Source: Nemertoderma westbladi (taxonomy: Eukaryota; Animalia; Xenacoelomorpha). Taken from it: 45,713 bases of DNA. Location: assembly GCA_032718475.1 (NCBI GenBank), contig JAUCBJ010007080.1:1-45713 (forward strand), read 5' to 3'. Shown here in pieces: positions 1 to 12,536 of this stretch; within the stretch, counting starts at the first letter, position 1, and the number at the start of each line of letters is the position of its first letter. The notes under the pieces are model-generated. The model was given only the letters and a program-made list of their open reading frames with translations, did not search any database and was not told the origin of the DNA. The translations under genes and the position numbers were made by a program.

Positions 1-511
1 CTAGATATTACTGTATTATACTGTTAAAGGCCTATTACTGTATTAGGCCTACAGTATTAGTACGGTATTACAGTACAGCAGTAGTACAGTATTAATAATA
101 ATTAATAATAATAATAATAAGAGTCTGGGAGAAGTTCAAATTTGCGGCAGCATGTGATGGTATTGAAAGAGGGGAAGCCATGCCATGAGGATGTAAATTG
201 CGCACAAACAAGGTATCAGATAGGAATTGGAATTGTTTAATTGACATTAAATATAAAAAATAAAATAGGAGCTAACAATAAGCATAGATAAGAATAGGGC
301 TCAACAGAAGCTTCGGCTTCGGTTCGGTTCGGGCCGAAGTTTGGCAATTTCGGTTCGGTTCGGCTTCTGCAATTGATACTGCAGAAGCCCGGAGCAAACT
401 TTACTAAATATTCCAAGTATTACGTTGACTGATTGAGCTAAGACCAGAAGACAGTAAGACTAATCAATCTGTCCATCGTTGTACTAATTAATTTTGGAGG
501 GCAAACGTTAA

Positions 512-845
512 GCAGACACTGGTGCAGAGCAGACAGTGGTGCAGACAGTGATGCAGACAGTGGTGCAGACACCTGGTGCAGACACCTGGTGCAGACACCT
601 GGTGGCAGACAGTGGTGCAGACACTGGTGGCAGACAGTGGTGCAGACACTGGTGCAGACAGTGGTGCAGACACTGGTGCAGACAGTGGTGCAGACAGTGT
701 GCAGACAGTGGTGCAGGCAGTGGCAGTGGTGCAGACAGTGGTGCAGATACTGGTGCAGACACTGGTGCAGACACTGGTGCAGTGTGCAGGCAGTGGAGCA
801 GACAGTGGTGCAGGCACCTTTTGCAGACTGGTGCAGTCTGCACTT
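512..845 (+). repeat. 12-13-bp minisatellite GCAGACA(G/C)TGGT, left foldback arm
   Basis: Directly visible tandem units GCAGACAGTGGT / GCAGACACTGGT / GCAGACACCTGGT. Confidence 0.95.
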
Positions 846-1071
846 AATTATTTTCGTACACACCTCTTATAATTCAGTAATTATTTGTAATCAGGGCACA
901 TTCACCCGCACCATGCACACCTCGACTTGTACTACATACGTCCTCCCTACTTCATGTAGAACCTTTCAGTAGTTAACTCGCATATTTGTAGATAATAAAG
1001 TCTATGATAAAATATAATATAATAGTGCCTGGTGGTATTGTGTTTTGTGGTACTCTGGTATTTCAGTATTT

Positions 1072-1413
1072 TCACCAGGTGTCTGCACCACTGTCTGGAC
1101 CAGTGTCTGCACCACTGTCTGCACCAGTGTCTGCAAGACTGTCTGCACCAGTGTCTGCACCACTGTCTGCACCAATGTCTGCACCAATGTCTGCACCACT
1201 GTCTGCACCATTGTCTCCACCAGTGTCTGCACCACTGTCTGCACCACTGTCCGCACCAGGTGTCTGCACCACTCCACTGTCCGCACCAGGTGTCTGCACC
1301 ACTGTCTGCACCAGTGTCTGCACCACTGTCTGCACGCTGCACCACTGTCTGCACCAGTGTCTGCACCACTGGCCGCACCAGGTGTCTGCACCACTATCTG
1401 CACCACTGTCTGC
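1072..1413 (-). repeat. Same minisatellite inverted, right foldback arm
   Basis: Tandem ACCACTGTCTGC / ACCAGTGTCTGC units, the reverse complement of the 512-845 units. Confidence 0.95.
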
Positions 1414-1744
1414 TTAACGTTTACACCCTTAATTTTGGACTGAACTTCCATTTAAATGGCATTATTTTTTTAATTGTTTCCAGGTTACTTGGGTAGTTTC
1501 AAAATTAGCTTAATTATACAGTAGTTTAGGCTGTTAGGTTAGGCTAAATATTGCCATTTTACTTTGTAGTACCCTATTTTTTAATTAATCATAACTTTGA
1601 TACATAATACCAAATATACCTACTACCTCATATAAATAGTATTACAAAGACTACCTGTACTTTTAGTGAGGTTTTCTAAATTTGATGTCACTACTGAACG
1701 GCTTACCACGGGTGAAAATGTGGTGCATACAGTACAGCAGTACG

Positions 1745-3677
1745 CAGTCGGTGAGAAGTCAAAAATTGGACTTGAGTCCAAAATTGGACTTCGACTCCAG
1801 TTCAAGTCCAAAATTGGACTTCTGTGAGTCCAATATTGGACTTCAAATCAGCCAGTTGTTCCAGGGCCTTGGGTAATTGGATCGGGCGGGATTTTTTTTC
1901 TTTAATCGAAAATATATCAAAAAATAAGAGTTTTGAACAGGGGGACCTGAAATTCACCAGAGGGGAACTTTTTTTTATAAGGCTTTGAATGTTTACAAAA
2001 GTCCAATATTGGACTTTAAGTCCAATTTTGGACGTGACATTGAGAATCGAACTTAAAGGTACATGAAGCATGACAGATGAGAGACAGCCAGACAGCTGTT
2101 AAGTTATGGAAAGTTACCTTTGCAGCTCTGTATGTATCTGCAGTGTAATGACTGTACTGTACTTAGAATATAATGGTACATTCTAGCATTCTTGGTACTT
2201 TGTACTTTACTTTTAGCATATTGTTTAGTTTACAATTTACATTCATGTTATGTCTAACCTTAGAGCCTGATGTACCCAGGACTTTATAGTGTCTTTAGGA
2301 CTAGATTAGATTGTGCTCCAACAAATATTTAATTACAAATTATATTTGGTGGATACTGGTAGCAATGCCAGGTTAGCCAACTGCAGCTGCTGCTAAGGCT
2401 AACTACAGTACAAGCTACGATTTCGTCTAAGGCTATGGGAGCCCTATCAGAAAGAAATACTACAAGTTGATGCTACCACCATCTCTTCTAATTTTTCCAT
2501 ACAACAGGGAGGGTATTAGGCCCTATAAAACGGCTGGATACTGGGATAACAGGATAATGAAATGGGATTAGTAACTGATTAACGTGTTGGGGTCTCCACA
2601 TAATAAGTACAGAAGTAACAAGTAACACACGTCATAATCATAATCCAATTGAGGGAAAGGAACAGGTTACAGAGGCAGGCTTTTCTAACTAAGACAATAA
2701 ACGCCCACTTTTGACTTTACCAATTGAAGGAGCCCTATAACCTACTACATACTACTACTACAATCGGCATGATTCATTGCAGCTGCATTATATATATAGG
2801 CCCTATAATGTATTAAGAATGCTGTGCCGGCTTGTTGACAAAAGTGCGCCTCCACAACTCCCTTACACTCTTACAGCCTTATCACTCATGACATTTGCTA
2901 GATCATCCGCATCTTCAAGGCCAGTGTCCTTTAAGACAGTAAGAAAGATACGTCTCAAGAAAGTCATGGGCTGTCCACCATGCTTATTCACTCCATGAGG
3001 TGCACTGGCTGGTCCTCACGGCTTAAAGCGATGACCTGCAAAGCGGAGGCGGCTTTGTTCTAGTGTCAAGCTTGGGGGAACCAATGACTGAATGAGACAC
3101 CTCCAACTCCAATGTTATAGGCCTATAGTGTCTGGTTGGAGATGCAGAGATGTGTGCATTGTACTTGACACAGTGAACATAATCAAAACAATTAGTCAAT
3201 AAACATTAACTCAATAACACAATAGGTTACAGTTTACAGTAGTCTTATTTTTGCCATACGAAAATACCACAGGTATGGCAGTATGGGTCTGTGGGTATGA
3301 ATGAACTCTACAGCTATAACTCAACTACGCTACCGCGGTATACACCGCTAAGGCAGTAAGGCTACCGCAAAGTGCAAAGCTATACCACTACCGCAAAAAG
3401 TAACTACTGATGTCTGACTGTACGTGTGCGATCCCTGTTTATAACAGTATAATACATATAATAATTAATTTGATCATTAAAATAATGTTGCATTGTAATT
3501 ATGTAATATATATGTACTGATACGGGATGCCGTTTTGATTTAAATACCGATATACAGTATGGCAGTATGGGTACACTTGGAGTTGTACTAAAGTCCAATA
3601 TTGGACTTTGGAGTCCAAAATTGGACTTGAAGTCTAAAATTGGACTTGAAGTCCAATTTTTGACTTCTCACCGACTG
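1745..3677. mobile_element. Non-autonomous TIR DNA transposon, superfamily unassigned
   Basis: TIR CAGTCGGTGAGAAGTCAAAAATTGGACTT from 1745 and its exact reverse complement ending at 3677. Flanking GTACG at 1740-1744 and 3678-3682. Subterminal palindromic repeats AGTCCAA(A/T)ATTGGACT at both ends. Confidence 0.8.
2830..3150 (-). pseudogene. Degenerate 3' end of an RTE-type LINE ORF
   Basis: Minus strand translates, with frameshifts, to ...LEQSRLRFAGHR...KDTGLEDADDLANVMSD...ELWR. This parallels the C-terminus LRERRLRFSGH...RDTEL...MENREAW of the LINE at 37789-40612. Confidence 0.6.
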
Positions 3678-4692
3678 GTACGTGCATGCATACAGTAGTT
3701 TAGGTTAGTAATGTACAGTAATGTAAATATTGCCATTTTATTTTGTAGTATTTATTTTTTTAATTAATCATAGCTTTCTCGCTAAGTCCTCAGACCATAT
3801 AGGTACCAGTCTGCCACTGCCAGTCAGACAGTATAGTCTGATAGTGACGTAAATACGAATTTATGACCATAACTTGCTAACTTTCTGAACTTCGGTTCGG
3901 ATTCGGTTCGGTTCGGCCCGAAGTTGGCCCAGCTTCGGTTCGGTTCGGCCCCATAAAGTGCCTTCTGTTGAACCCTAGATAAGAACATATACAAGAGACA
4001 CGATAACCATTACAAACAATGAACATGTGAAAAAAAGTATAGTAAATAGAGTATAGTATAGTGAGTACAGCAAATAACATTTTTAAATTATACGTATTGT
4101 GAATAAAATTGTAAATTTATACACAGATACATACAGTACGGTCACGATACAGTCGGTCACACACAGTACAAGTCCTGGTTCATAATGGTTCGCAAGGGTA
4201 ATTCTATCGTTATCATATCACGGCAGAACTGATGTGTTGTGATTTTATACGATAATAGTGGCTGATGATCTAATGTCGGGGATAGCCCCAAGAGACAGAG
4301 TCTCGTTTCCATGGGGGTCCCCAATATCCAGTAGATAAATAGTAGGACGTGTAAAAACACAAGGATGAACTGCACCAAGGATAAAAATAGAAGTAAGACG
4401 GGCGGGCATCAAAGCTCGTGCGTTTTTGCAGTATAAATACAATATTGAGTAAAAATAACTGTACAGTACTTTTAAATATAACTAAATTATAGGTAGGGGG
4501 TGGTAATAGTAAAAATACAGTGGTGAATAAAAAATGAATGAAACAATTGGGTAAAAAATACAAATACGGGCATTAAAATCATGCGTTTGTAGCATAAAAA
4601 CAATGTTAAGTAAAAATAAGTAAAAATATCTGCACATGGTTACCATACTGCCATATACGATAGTACAGTATTTCCAGGTCTATCTTTTACCT

Positions 4693-4766
4693 GATCCGTT
4701 AGCTGAATGGTTAGAGCGTCAGACTTCCAACCCGGAGGTCACCAGTTCGATCCCAGCTGGAAGTCA
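4693..4766 (+). pseudogene. tRNA-derived sequence (SINE head or tRNA pseudogene), copy 1
   Basis: A box TAGCTGAATGG and B box AGTTCGATCCC at tRNA spacing; acceptor and anticodon stems do not pair well. Confidence 0.65.
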
Positions 4767-4914
4767 TTGCCGTTTTGGCAAAAAGCTGCGCCCAACAAAA
4801 AGTTATAATAATATGAAACCACTCATTCACCCATAACACCAATAATAAACTATAAAATATACCGGTCGCAATTCTCTATGGGTGTAACTGGGTCCTACCT
4901 AAATTAGTAGTTAG

Positions 4915-5171
4915 CAAAAAAGCAAAGCAAACAGTCGGCTGAAGCAGGAGGCGACCCGAAGGCTCCTCTTTCGATAGCTGCTACCCGAGGGTAGGGGTGG
5001 GCGCTACTCCTATGCCAAGATTTGCTCCCAGTTATTTAACTGGTACTCACTGGTACTCATTTTATCGACCCCAGTGGATGAAAGGCGGAGTGGACCCTGG
5101 CGGGGCTGAACCTACAACCATTAGATTGCAGGCCCGGCACTCAACCAACTGAGCTACCCCGCCTTCCCACC
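4915..5171 (-). mobile_element. tRNA-derived SINE with probable Nin/Deu-type central domain
   Basis: Minus strand has a tRNA head GGCGGGGTAGCTCAGTTGG...GGTTCAGCCCC, a central GCCTTTCATCCACTGGGGTCGATAAAATGAGTACC (recalled as Nin/Deu domain) and a (TTTGC)n tail. 12-bp TSD ATTAGTAGTTAG at 4903-4914 and 5172-5183. Confidence 0.8.
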
Positions 5172-5426
5172 ATTAGTAGTTAGAGTGTATAGTACAGTAT
5201 AATTAATCATTGTGGTGTAGCCGTGATGGTACATGGTTAATATACAGTACACTACCCTTTCATTGTAGCGAGTGTTTAAAGATGGCCAAGTAGGCCTACT
5301 GTAGGGTTGAGTACATCGGCAGCATACAGTATGATGGTATTGACAGATGGGAGACCATGAGGAGGAGGTAAATTGCGGACAAAGCAGCAAAGTATCAGAT
5401 AGTATTTCCTGGTCTATCTTTTACCT

Positions 5427-5500
5427 GAGCCGCTAGCTGAATGGTTAGAGCGTCAGAGATCCAATCCAGAGGTCACCAGTTCGATCCCACCTGGACGTCA
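5427..5500 (+). pseudogene. tRNA-derived sequence, copy 2
   Basis: Diverged copy of 4693-4766 with the same upstream flank GTATTTCC(A/T)GGTCTATCTTTTACCTGA. Confidence 0.65.
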
Positions 5501-7242
5501 TTGCCGACTTTGCATATGTATACTGTAGGCAAATTGAAAGATTTTATCATAAATTAATATAATGGCTAAGAGGCAGTTGACATGTCCATTGAAGTTTTTA
5601 TCGTATCACAAGATTAGAGAACACGAGGACGTTAACTAAACTACGTTCCTGTTGAAGTACGGCGAGGTTTATTACTGTCGAAATCTATTTATTACATATT
5701 CCCTGATCTTTTCAACGTGGATGCTGTGGTTCCGACGGCAGATCTTTGCAACTGCAGTATCAGCCTTGTTGATGGTGTTATATCTTTACCGTGACAATTA
5801 TTCATAGCGTAGGTAGATACTCATCGAAATCAAAGATCCCTCCATTTTCACTGCTCGTTTATTGAATGTTTACAAACAATTTCTGGTAAACAAAGTTTTT
5901 TGTTGCATTTATCAACCATCCAAAATGCAATATACAGCAAAATCGACAAGAGTTTAGTGTATATTGTACGTCAGGTACCAATGTGTCCGTTTGAGTGTGA
6001 CGTTGATGTATCCTCTGCTAGAATTAATAATGTTGCAACATGTACAGTAGCAGTCATACCAGCGCCAGCCAAGCCGCCCGCCAGCGCTAATAGCCTTCCC
6101 TATGGACGTTGAAAATGAAGAAGCCCAGTCCCAGCGTCAAGAGTGGTAGGAACTCTTGTTGAACACTGTACTAGACTGCTCTCCCGAAGATTCTGGGAAA
6201 GAGGTCGGCTCTAAACTTCTCGATGATGTACAAGTACAGTAGCAGTATATGTCTGGGAGGGGGGTACCCGTAGGTAAATCAAAGCCAGTGGTCCACTGTT
6301 TTGTTAGACTAACTGTGTAGTCAAAATTTATCGCCTAATACGCCTACAGCATCTAGTGGGCCAGTTGTTAAACCCGTTTACAATGAAAATCGTAAAGAAA
6401 ATGCCAATACTGCAATAATCAATAATTCCTTGTTGAAAGAGTTTCACAGACTCCAGATGAAAGTCTATTTAGTGAAACAGCATCTCCCATCTTTGAACCG
6501 CAACCTTTGAGTATAGACGAAACTCCAGCGGTTACCCTGGGAGCTTCCGTAAGCGGCATTGTACTGTTTCTATTGAAAAGTCAGTGGATCCCGATTTAGT
6601 AGACTTTAAAACTCCCAAATCCAGAAAAGTTGTACAGATGCCAAGCTCGAGGCAATTATCTGATTATCGCCTTGGTTCAGCCCCCGAAACAACCATGTCA
6701 CAACTTTCAAACATAAAAAAGTAAAATTTTTTCATTGAACGTAAAAAATTTTCCTGTTTGTTTTAAGACAGTATAACATGTTCCAATTTGTCTCGTCATA
6801 TGAAAATTAAACATAACTGTAGTGTGTTCACCTGGTGTAACTGTGGATTCTAAATAATAAGGTCTTTACTTAGTCAGGCGAACTAAGCATGGTGCTGACC
6901 ACCTACAGAGTTCATGTTTAAAAAAACTTTTCACCACATAGCAGGAAGTAACCCGGCGGTTGTCTTTGAACTCTGTGACTGTAACATTGCAATGAATATA
7001 ACGGCTCTTCAATACAGTATACATCTATTGAGTGCTATCACAGTAGTCTAACATCTTCAGCTAATACAGTATCAGGTATAAAATTACAGGGAGATATGTA
7101 TTTTAAAAGAAGATACAATAGGGTGGTGCGCGAAAAAATTGTTGGGCTAGAAACAATTGAATAAAGTGGTAACAAGGTGCTCAGAATCGAGTGGCGGGGT
7201 CTGTTTTTTGTAAAAACACGTGGAAACGGTCGAAATGGCGTG

Positions 7243-7766
7243 TGTTACAGATTGTACATGACCAGTAAAAAAATACCCCTTATTTCGTACAATGCTTGTA
7301 ACAAGTCAGCTCGAGCATATTAGCCCACAAAATCCAACCGCTAGCATTCAATATAATATAATGTTTATAATATCAGCTGATATCTACTACTATACATTCT
7401 TGGCCGGGTAATCTAATTGCTATGCTACATTCACTATTCAACTCTCGCCAATTATCACCACCTCTAATACCGCATACAATGACAATAAGACACATTGACC
7501 TATGACAGCTCTTCTTTACAACTTCCCTGTCCCTTTGTATCTCAACCTATTTAATCAACTAACAACCGCGATGAAATTCATTCTGTTATTAGGGAATCCG
7601 AAGTGTATCTTTTTACCGAACATATTTTGATGATATTAAATTCTAACATTCTTCAATAAACATTCCTGTTATTACTATTATGTTATCACAATGTTTTTCG
7701 GTCATTAAGATTAAATCACGCATAACTGACAGAATCAGAGCGATTAAAGTAAAAAAAACGCTCACA
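7243..7766 (+). repeat. 5' LTR (524 bp)
   Basis: TGTTACAG...CTCACA, direct repeat of 18443-18965; contains AATAAA. Confidence 0.97.
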
Positions 7767-7955
7767 GTAAAAAGATACACCAGTCTTTTTAACACCGTCT
7801 TTACGGTTGATCAGAATATAACCATATATTTGGTTACTAGGCATTGTTAAATACATATTGTAGATACAGTAGCATTTGTAAGTGGTGGATCCGGACGATA
7901 AACTACAGCTTACAAATCGAGTTTCAAGAGGATAATCGAGCTGCTCGAGTTCAGG

Positions 7956-10499
7956 ATGGATGAAACACTGACGGCCTTCGACGACTGTGAAGTCGACGGA
8001 AATGAAGGTGAGTTTATTGACGCTCCCCGCACATCAACGGTACTAGTTGGCCCACATAACACGTACGAACCCACTGGGACTGAAGCTATGTCCAATGCTT
8101 CTGCACCTGGACAAGCCAGTAACCGCACTCTACGTCGTGATAGAAATGACGCAGGTGCCAGGGCTCGAAACTCAGGGACCACGTGTGTACAAAACCCTCC
8201 AGACTTAGAAGTATTTAACCGTTCTATTGCAGGTCATAAAGGATATTTTTCCAAGAAAAGAAACATTTTCTTTCAGGATATACGAAAACCGGGAGGTTTA
8301 GACTTAGTGCCTCCAACCTATAAGGAGTGTGTAACTTCTTACAACAGGATATGCAAAGCCTACCAAGTATTTATAGAAAAATTATATGACAATAATTTTT
8401 CTAATGAAGCGAATAAGCTTCAGGGAGAATTTGAAGTGCTAGCAGTAGCTCTCCAGGGGGATCTACAAGAAATGTCTCAGCTTATATCCTCAGGTTCAAC
8501 TGCAGCCGTTGTGGATAATAATAATTATATTACAGATAATGTTTTACATAAGCCCACTATTAGCGTTACTGATGGTCAATTTTCATCGGCGCAACTTCCA
8601 TTGAAAAACCCAAAGCGCCCCACACATGACCGAGCGTCTGTAAATAGTAGTAGGTCGGGCTCAGTTGCGTCTACTGCTACCAGATTAAGAGCTCAAGAAA
8701 AATTAGAAGGCTTAAAATTAGAACAATTAATTCGAGACCAAGAACGTGAGAAACAAATTAGAGATCTAGAGAGCGAGCGAAAGCTGTGTCAACAGAGAGA
8801 CAAATTAAACGCGCTAAAATTAGCTACAGAATTGGCAGAAGAGGAAAATAATGGTGGTACACTGGATGCTAGTGTAAATTATAAATTAACAGATAATATA
8901 GATATTGAACCAAGCCACAAACCAGTCACTACAAAACAAGACATCGTCGGTAAATCTCAGGAAACATCTATGTCGTCAATAATCTACACACAGAGTGCAC
9001 CTCGCAATATGGCACCCGCCGAAAATATAGGAATATCTCCTATACACACGATGACGAATAGCTTTAGTTATCCTACACGTAATCCAGCCCCCTTTATAAA
9101 TAGTAGGCCTAGTACACATGAGGGAGGGTTAACTAGAACTACAGATATAAATGCCTATGTTAGCCCAACAAATAGGCCTTTAAATGCGCACTGTCCTGCG
9201 TATATACCATCTGTTTCGATCGCCAGTGCGGGCGGGCAAGTTACGTCACGCCGTATGATCCAATCTGTTGGTTCTAACCCATGTAACTTTACAAACACCG
9301 TAAGCAATACAAATATACCTACAGCAGGAGACCCATCTTGCATTAACAGCACGGGCTATCATTCTGGCTATAGACAACCATATCAAAACTACAATAATGA
9401 ACTACCATTTGCTCCTGCAGAGACATACGTGTCTACACCATCACAGTTCACTCAATTGAACAACTCTGCTGCTGAGATAACATTTTCCGCCTTAGACAAA
9501 CTAAACACAAGATTGACCTTACCTCAACTTGAACCCATTAAATTTAGTGGTGACCCCGGGCAATACATATCCTTCACAGCAACCTTTAGAGCTCAAGTGG
9601 ACCTGAAACCCTTTACAGAAATGGAGAAATTTTCATATTTATTGAATTATTTAACAGGTGAACCTCTGCACTTAATATCCTTCCTTTCAGGTTTGAGCGG
9701 CGGGTACACCAGAGCCTGGGAAATACTGCACGACCGGTACGGTCACCCTAGTGTCATTGTAGAACACACTCTTAGAGACTTAACTGATAAGGTCGATCTA
9801 ATTTCAGGATCTTTCGAGCAGTGTAAGAAAAAGTTTAGATCTTACGCTGATAAAGTAAGAAACAAGGCTATAATTTTACAACATTTTAATAATACGCAAG
9901 AAATGAACTCCACAGCAAACTTGCGTATGGTTGCAGCAAACCTACCCCCCAATGTGATGGGCCGCTGGCGACGCGCAGCGGGCAATATACGCACACATAA
10001 GCATCATGAACCTACGCTACACGAGTTAGCCGAATTCATACGGAAAGAAGCCGACACTATGAATGACCCCGTCTACACTTATTCTAATACAGAAGCCAGA
10101 CAAGTACATACACAGCCGCAGGACTACAAGTATAAATCAAATATAGAGCAACGACCGAAAATTACCACATTGAATACAGAAGTTGCATTGCAAAACACCA
10201 ATCCAAAGAAAATGCTGAACCTATCCGGTGAAACTAAGGGGAAAGTATCTCATAGTGAAATCGCGGCTCAGTATTCACAGGATGGTGATGCGATACCGAG
10301 TATATAAGCCAAACCAAAACAAGAATTCGAAATTGTATTATTTGCGGGCATAACACCCACGCAGTATTTAGGTGCCCAGAACTATTAAAACTGTCTGTAA
10401 GCGAACGTAATGATCTGGTCACTAATAAACAATTGTGTTATCTCTGTTTCAGCACTAATCATATAATAAGGGACTGCACAAATTTATATATGGTGTACA
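7956..10499 (+). pseudogene. gag: BEL/Pao gag (frameshifted)
   Basis: ORF 7956-10307 has the BEL gag core LPQLEPIKFSGDP...EKFSYLLNYLTG...AWEILHDRYG. A shifted frame (10301-10490) encodes CIICGHNTHAVFRC and CYLCFSTNHIIRDC; the original frame then resumes with CTVPGCGKRHSSLLH. Confidence 0.9.
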
Positions 10500-11765
10500 G
10501 TGCCAGGTTGCGGTAAAAGACACAGTTCATTATTGCACAGGAAACATAGCAATAAATCTGGAGATACTTTAAACAAGGTTAGTAATGAACAAGTAGCACA
10601 TGCCGAAATATCGGAAACCAAGAAAAGTAATAACCTAGAAAATAATGCCAGTATAGGTCTAGATGGTCCGCAAACCCAAGAAATACAGCATCTAGAAGAT
10701 GCTGCAATTTGCAATATCGAAAATGTAGAGCCAGTGAGTACTACGCCTAATGTGTGGCTGTCTGTTGTACCAGTAAGGATCAAGGTAGAAGGTAAGTCAC
10801 TAACAACATATGCGCTACTCGATGGAGGCTCCACCAGCTCAGTAATCGACACACTAATTATAGACACATTACAAATTACAGTTCCTGAACAAGTCGAAAT
10901 AAAGGCCAAGACTGTATTCGACCCCTGTAAGTTAGTTCAAGTTGGTAAACTATCATTCCAGGTAACCCCTGTAGATGGCAAAATGCAGACCAAACGTGGA
11001 TTCTTCTTAGACATGAAACATGTTTACGTAGTTTCCCAGTACACCCATAAGTATCGTAACGACCACACTAAATTAAATTTAAACAACTGGCCACATCTAC
11101 AGAATCTAACCCCACTACTAGAAAACCCCGATATAGATGTACCGCAGGTTACTATTCTAATTGGGCAGAATTACCCTCAAGTACATAGAAACGACAAGAT
11201 CCTAGAGGTCGATGACCCGGAAGCACCCATAGCTATCCGAACACCATTTGGATGGTGTGTCGTTGGACCAGTAAACCAGGAAGAAGACCCAATAATGAGT
11301 AATAATTATTTCATTCAAGAAGACATGGAATTCCAACAAGGGACAAACGCACTAATTTTACAATCCCTAGGACTAGAGCAATATGGCCAAGCAGAGAAGA
11401 GTACTTATACTTCAGAATTAAAGGAGGAGGAACTTAGTATGTCAAGGAACGACAAAAAGGCGCTAAAAATACTACAAGACACTACTAGTTTCATAAATGG
11501 GCATTATTGCGTAGGAATGCTCTGGAAAGAGCGACCACCAGTATTGCATAATAATTATCCCTTAGCTAAGGTAAGGTTGTAAGGGTTATTAAAGAGATTA
11601 ACAGGTAAACCGGATAAGTATCTGCTTTATGATAATATGATAAAGGAATATGAAACTAAAGGCTACGCGAGAAAGCTAGATTTAAGTGAGCAACAACATG
11701 TAAGTAATCAAACGTACTACCTGCCGCACCATTATGTGGAGCGCGCAGCAAAACCTGGCACAATA
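10500..11765 (+). pseudogene. pol: BEL/Pao aspartic protease and pre-RT region
   Basis: YALLDGGS protease motif and RTPFGW. In-frame TAA at 11580-11582, after which the frame continues to YYLPHHYV...KPGTI up to the insertion point. Confidence 0.9.
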
Positions 11766-12536
11766 CACACCACCCTTGAGTGGACATCTTGGTGAAGAAA
11801 AATGAACGCCAATTCTGTTTGCAAATTTATGTAAGGTTTGGTGCCCTGAGTCAAAAAAAGGAAAAACGAAAATATTTCCCGGAGCCCTTTTAAAATTATT
11901 TAGTAATTAAATTATTAACTAATATTACTAATATTAAATTTATTTAAAATAAATGAACAGACTAAATTCTTATCATGTTATGTTGGCAATGTTGCATGGA
12001 ATCCAAAAAATGAAAAACAATATTAATTGGGGAAGTCCATTTGTAATTATTTAATAATTAAATTATTAAATAATATTAATAATATTACTAACGTTAAATT
12101 ACAATGAACTTTCGAAATATTTAATAGCTCATCTTCGCAAAGTTTCTTGAAGTCCAAAATATGGAATGAAGGAAATGGTTGAGTTCGTTTTTGATTAATA
12201 TTTATTAGTTAAATTATATTATTAATAAAATAATTATATTTTAACTAATTTAATGGACGAAATATAAGGCGTAGTGTGCTAGCTATGTTGCATAAGTTTT
12301 ATAAATAGTGAAGGAAAATAATTCGCAGGGTCAATTTATCACTACTGTTTAATGTTTATGTAATCCACATATTATAAACAAAACAGAAATATATATAGAA
12401 ATATATATACTGTAGGAAATCACACATGTTTTGAATTGTATTCTGCTGTAGCTCGTAACAATTGCTCCCCATATTTAGGGTGGTTATCTCCTACTTTAAA
12501 TTTAGCCCAAGTTGCCTCAAAATCGGCATGTACAGA

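Larger units (their letters stand above)
497..1428. mobile_element. Foldback/Mutator-like MITE with modular tandem-repeat TIRs
   Basis: Termini GAGGGCAAACGTTAAGCAGACA and its near reverse complement TGTCTGCTTAACGTTTACACCC. 9-bp TSD TTAATTTTG at 488-496 and 1429-1437. Each arm is an array of 12-13-bp units, in opposite orientations. Confidence 0.8.
295..3977. mobile_element. Non-autonomous hAT-superfamily DNA transposon (contains nested elements)
   Basis: 16-bp TIRs TAGGGCTCAACAGAAG (295-310) and CTTCTGTTGAACCCTA (3962-3977, 1 mismatch). Exact 8-bp TSD GATAAGAA at 287-294 and 3978-3985. Subterminal (TTCGG)n clusters at both ends. 8-bp TSD with TAGGG termini is typical of hAT. Confidence 0.85.

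Noticed and set aside
438-1496. Many overlapping Cys/His- or Ala/Asp-rich ORFs
   Set aside because: Artefacts of a stop-free 12-bp minisatellite open in most frames.
5560-6700. Possible degraded minus-strand gene (BEN-domain-like fragments such as HVEKIREYVINRF)
   Set aside because: Too many stops and shifts to support without a profile search.
7117-7242. Possible older DNA element hosting the BEL insertion, continuing at 18971
   Set aside because: No termini or TSD identified.
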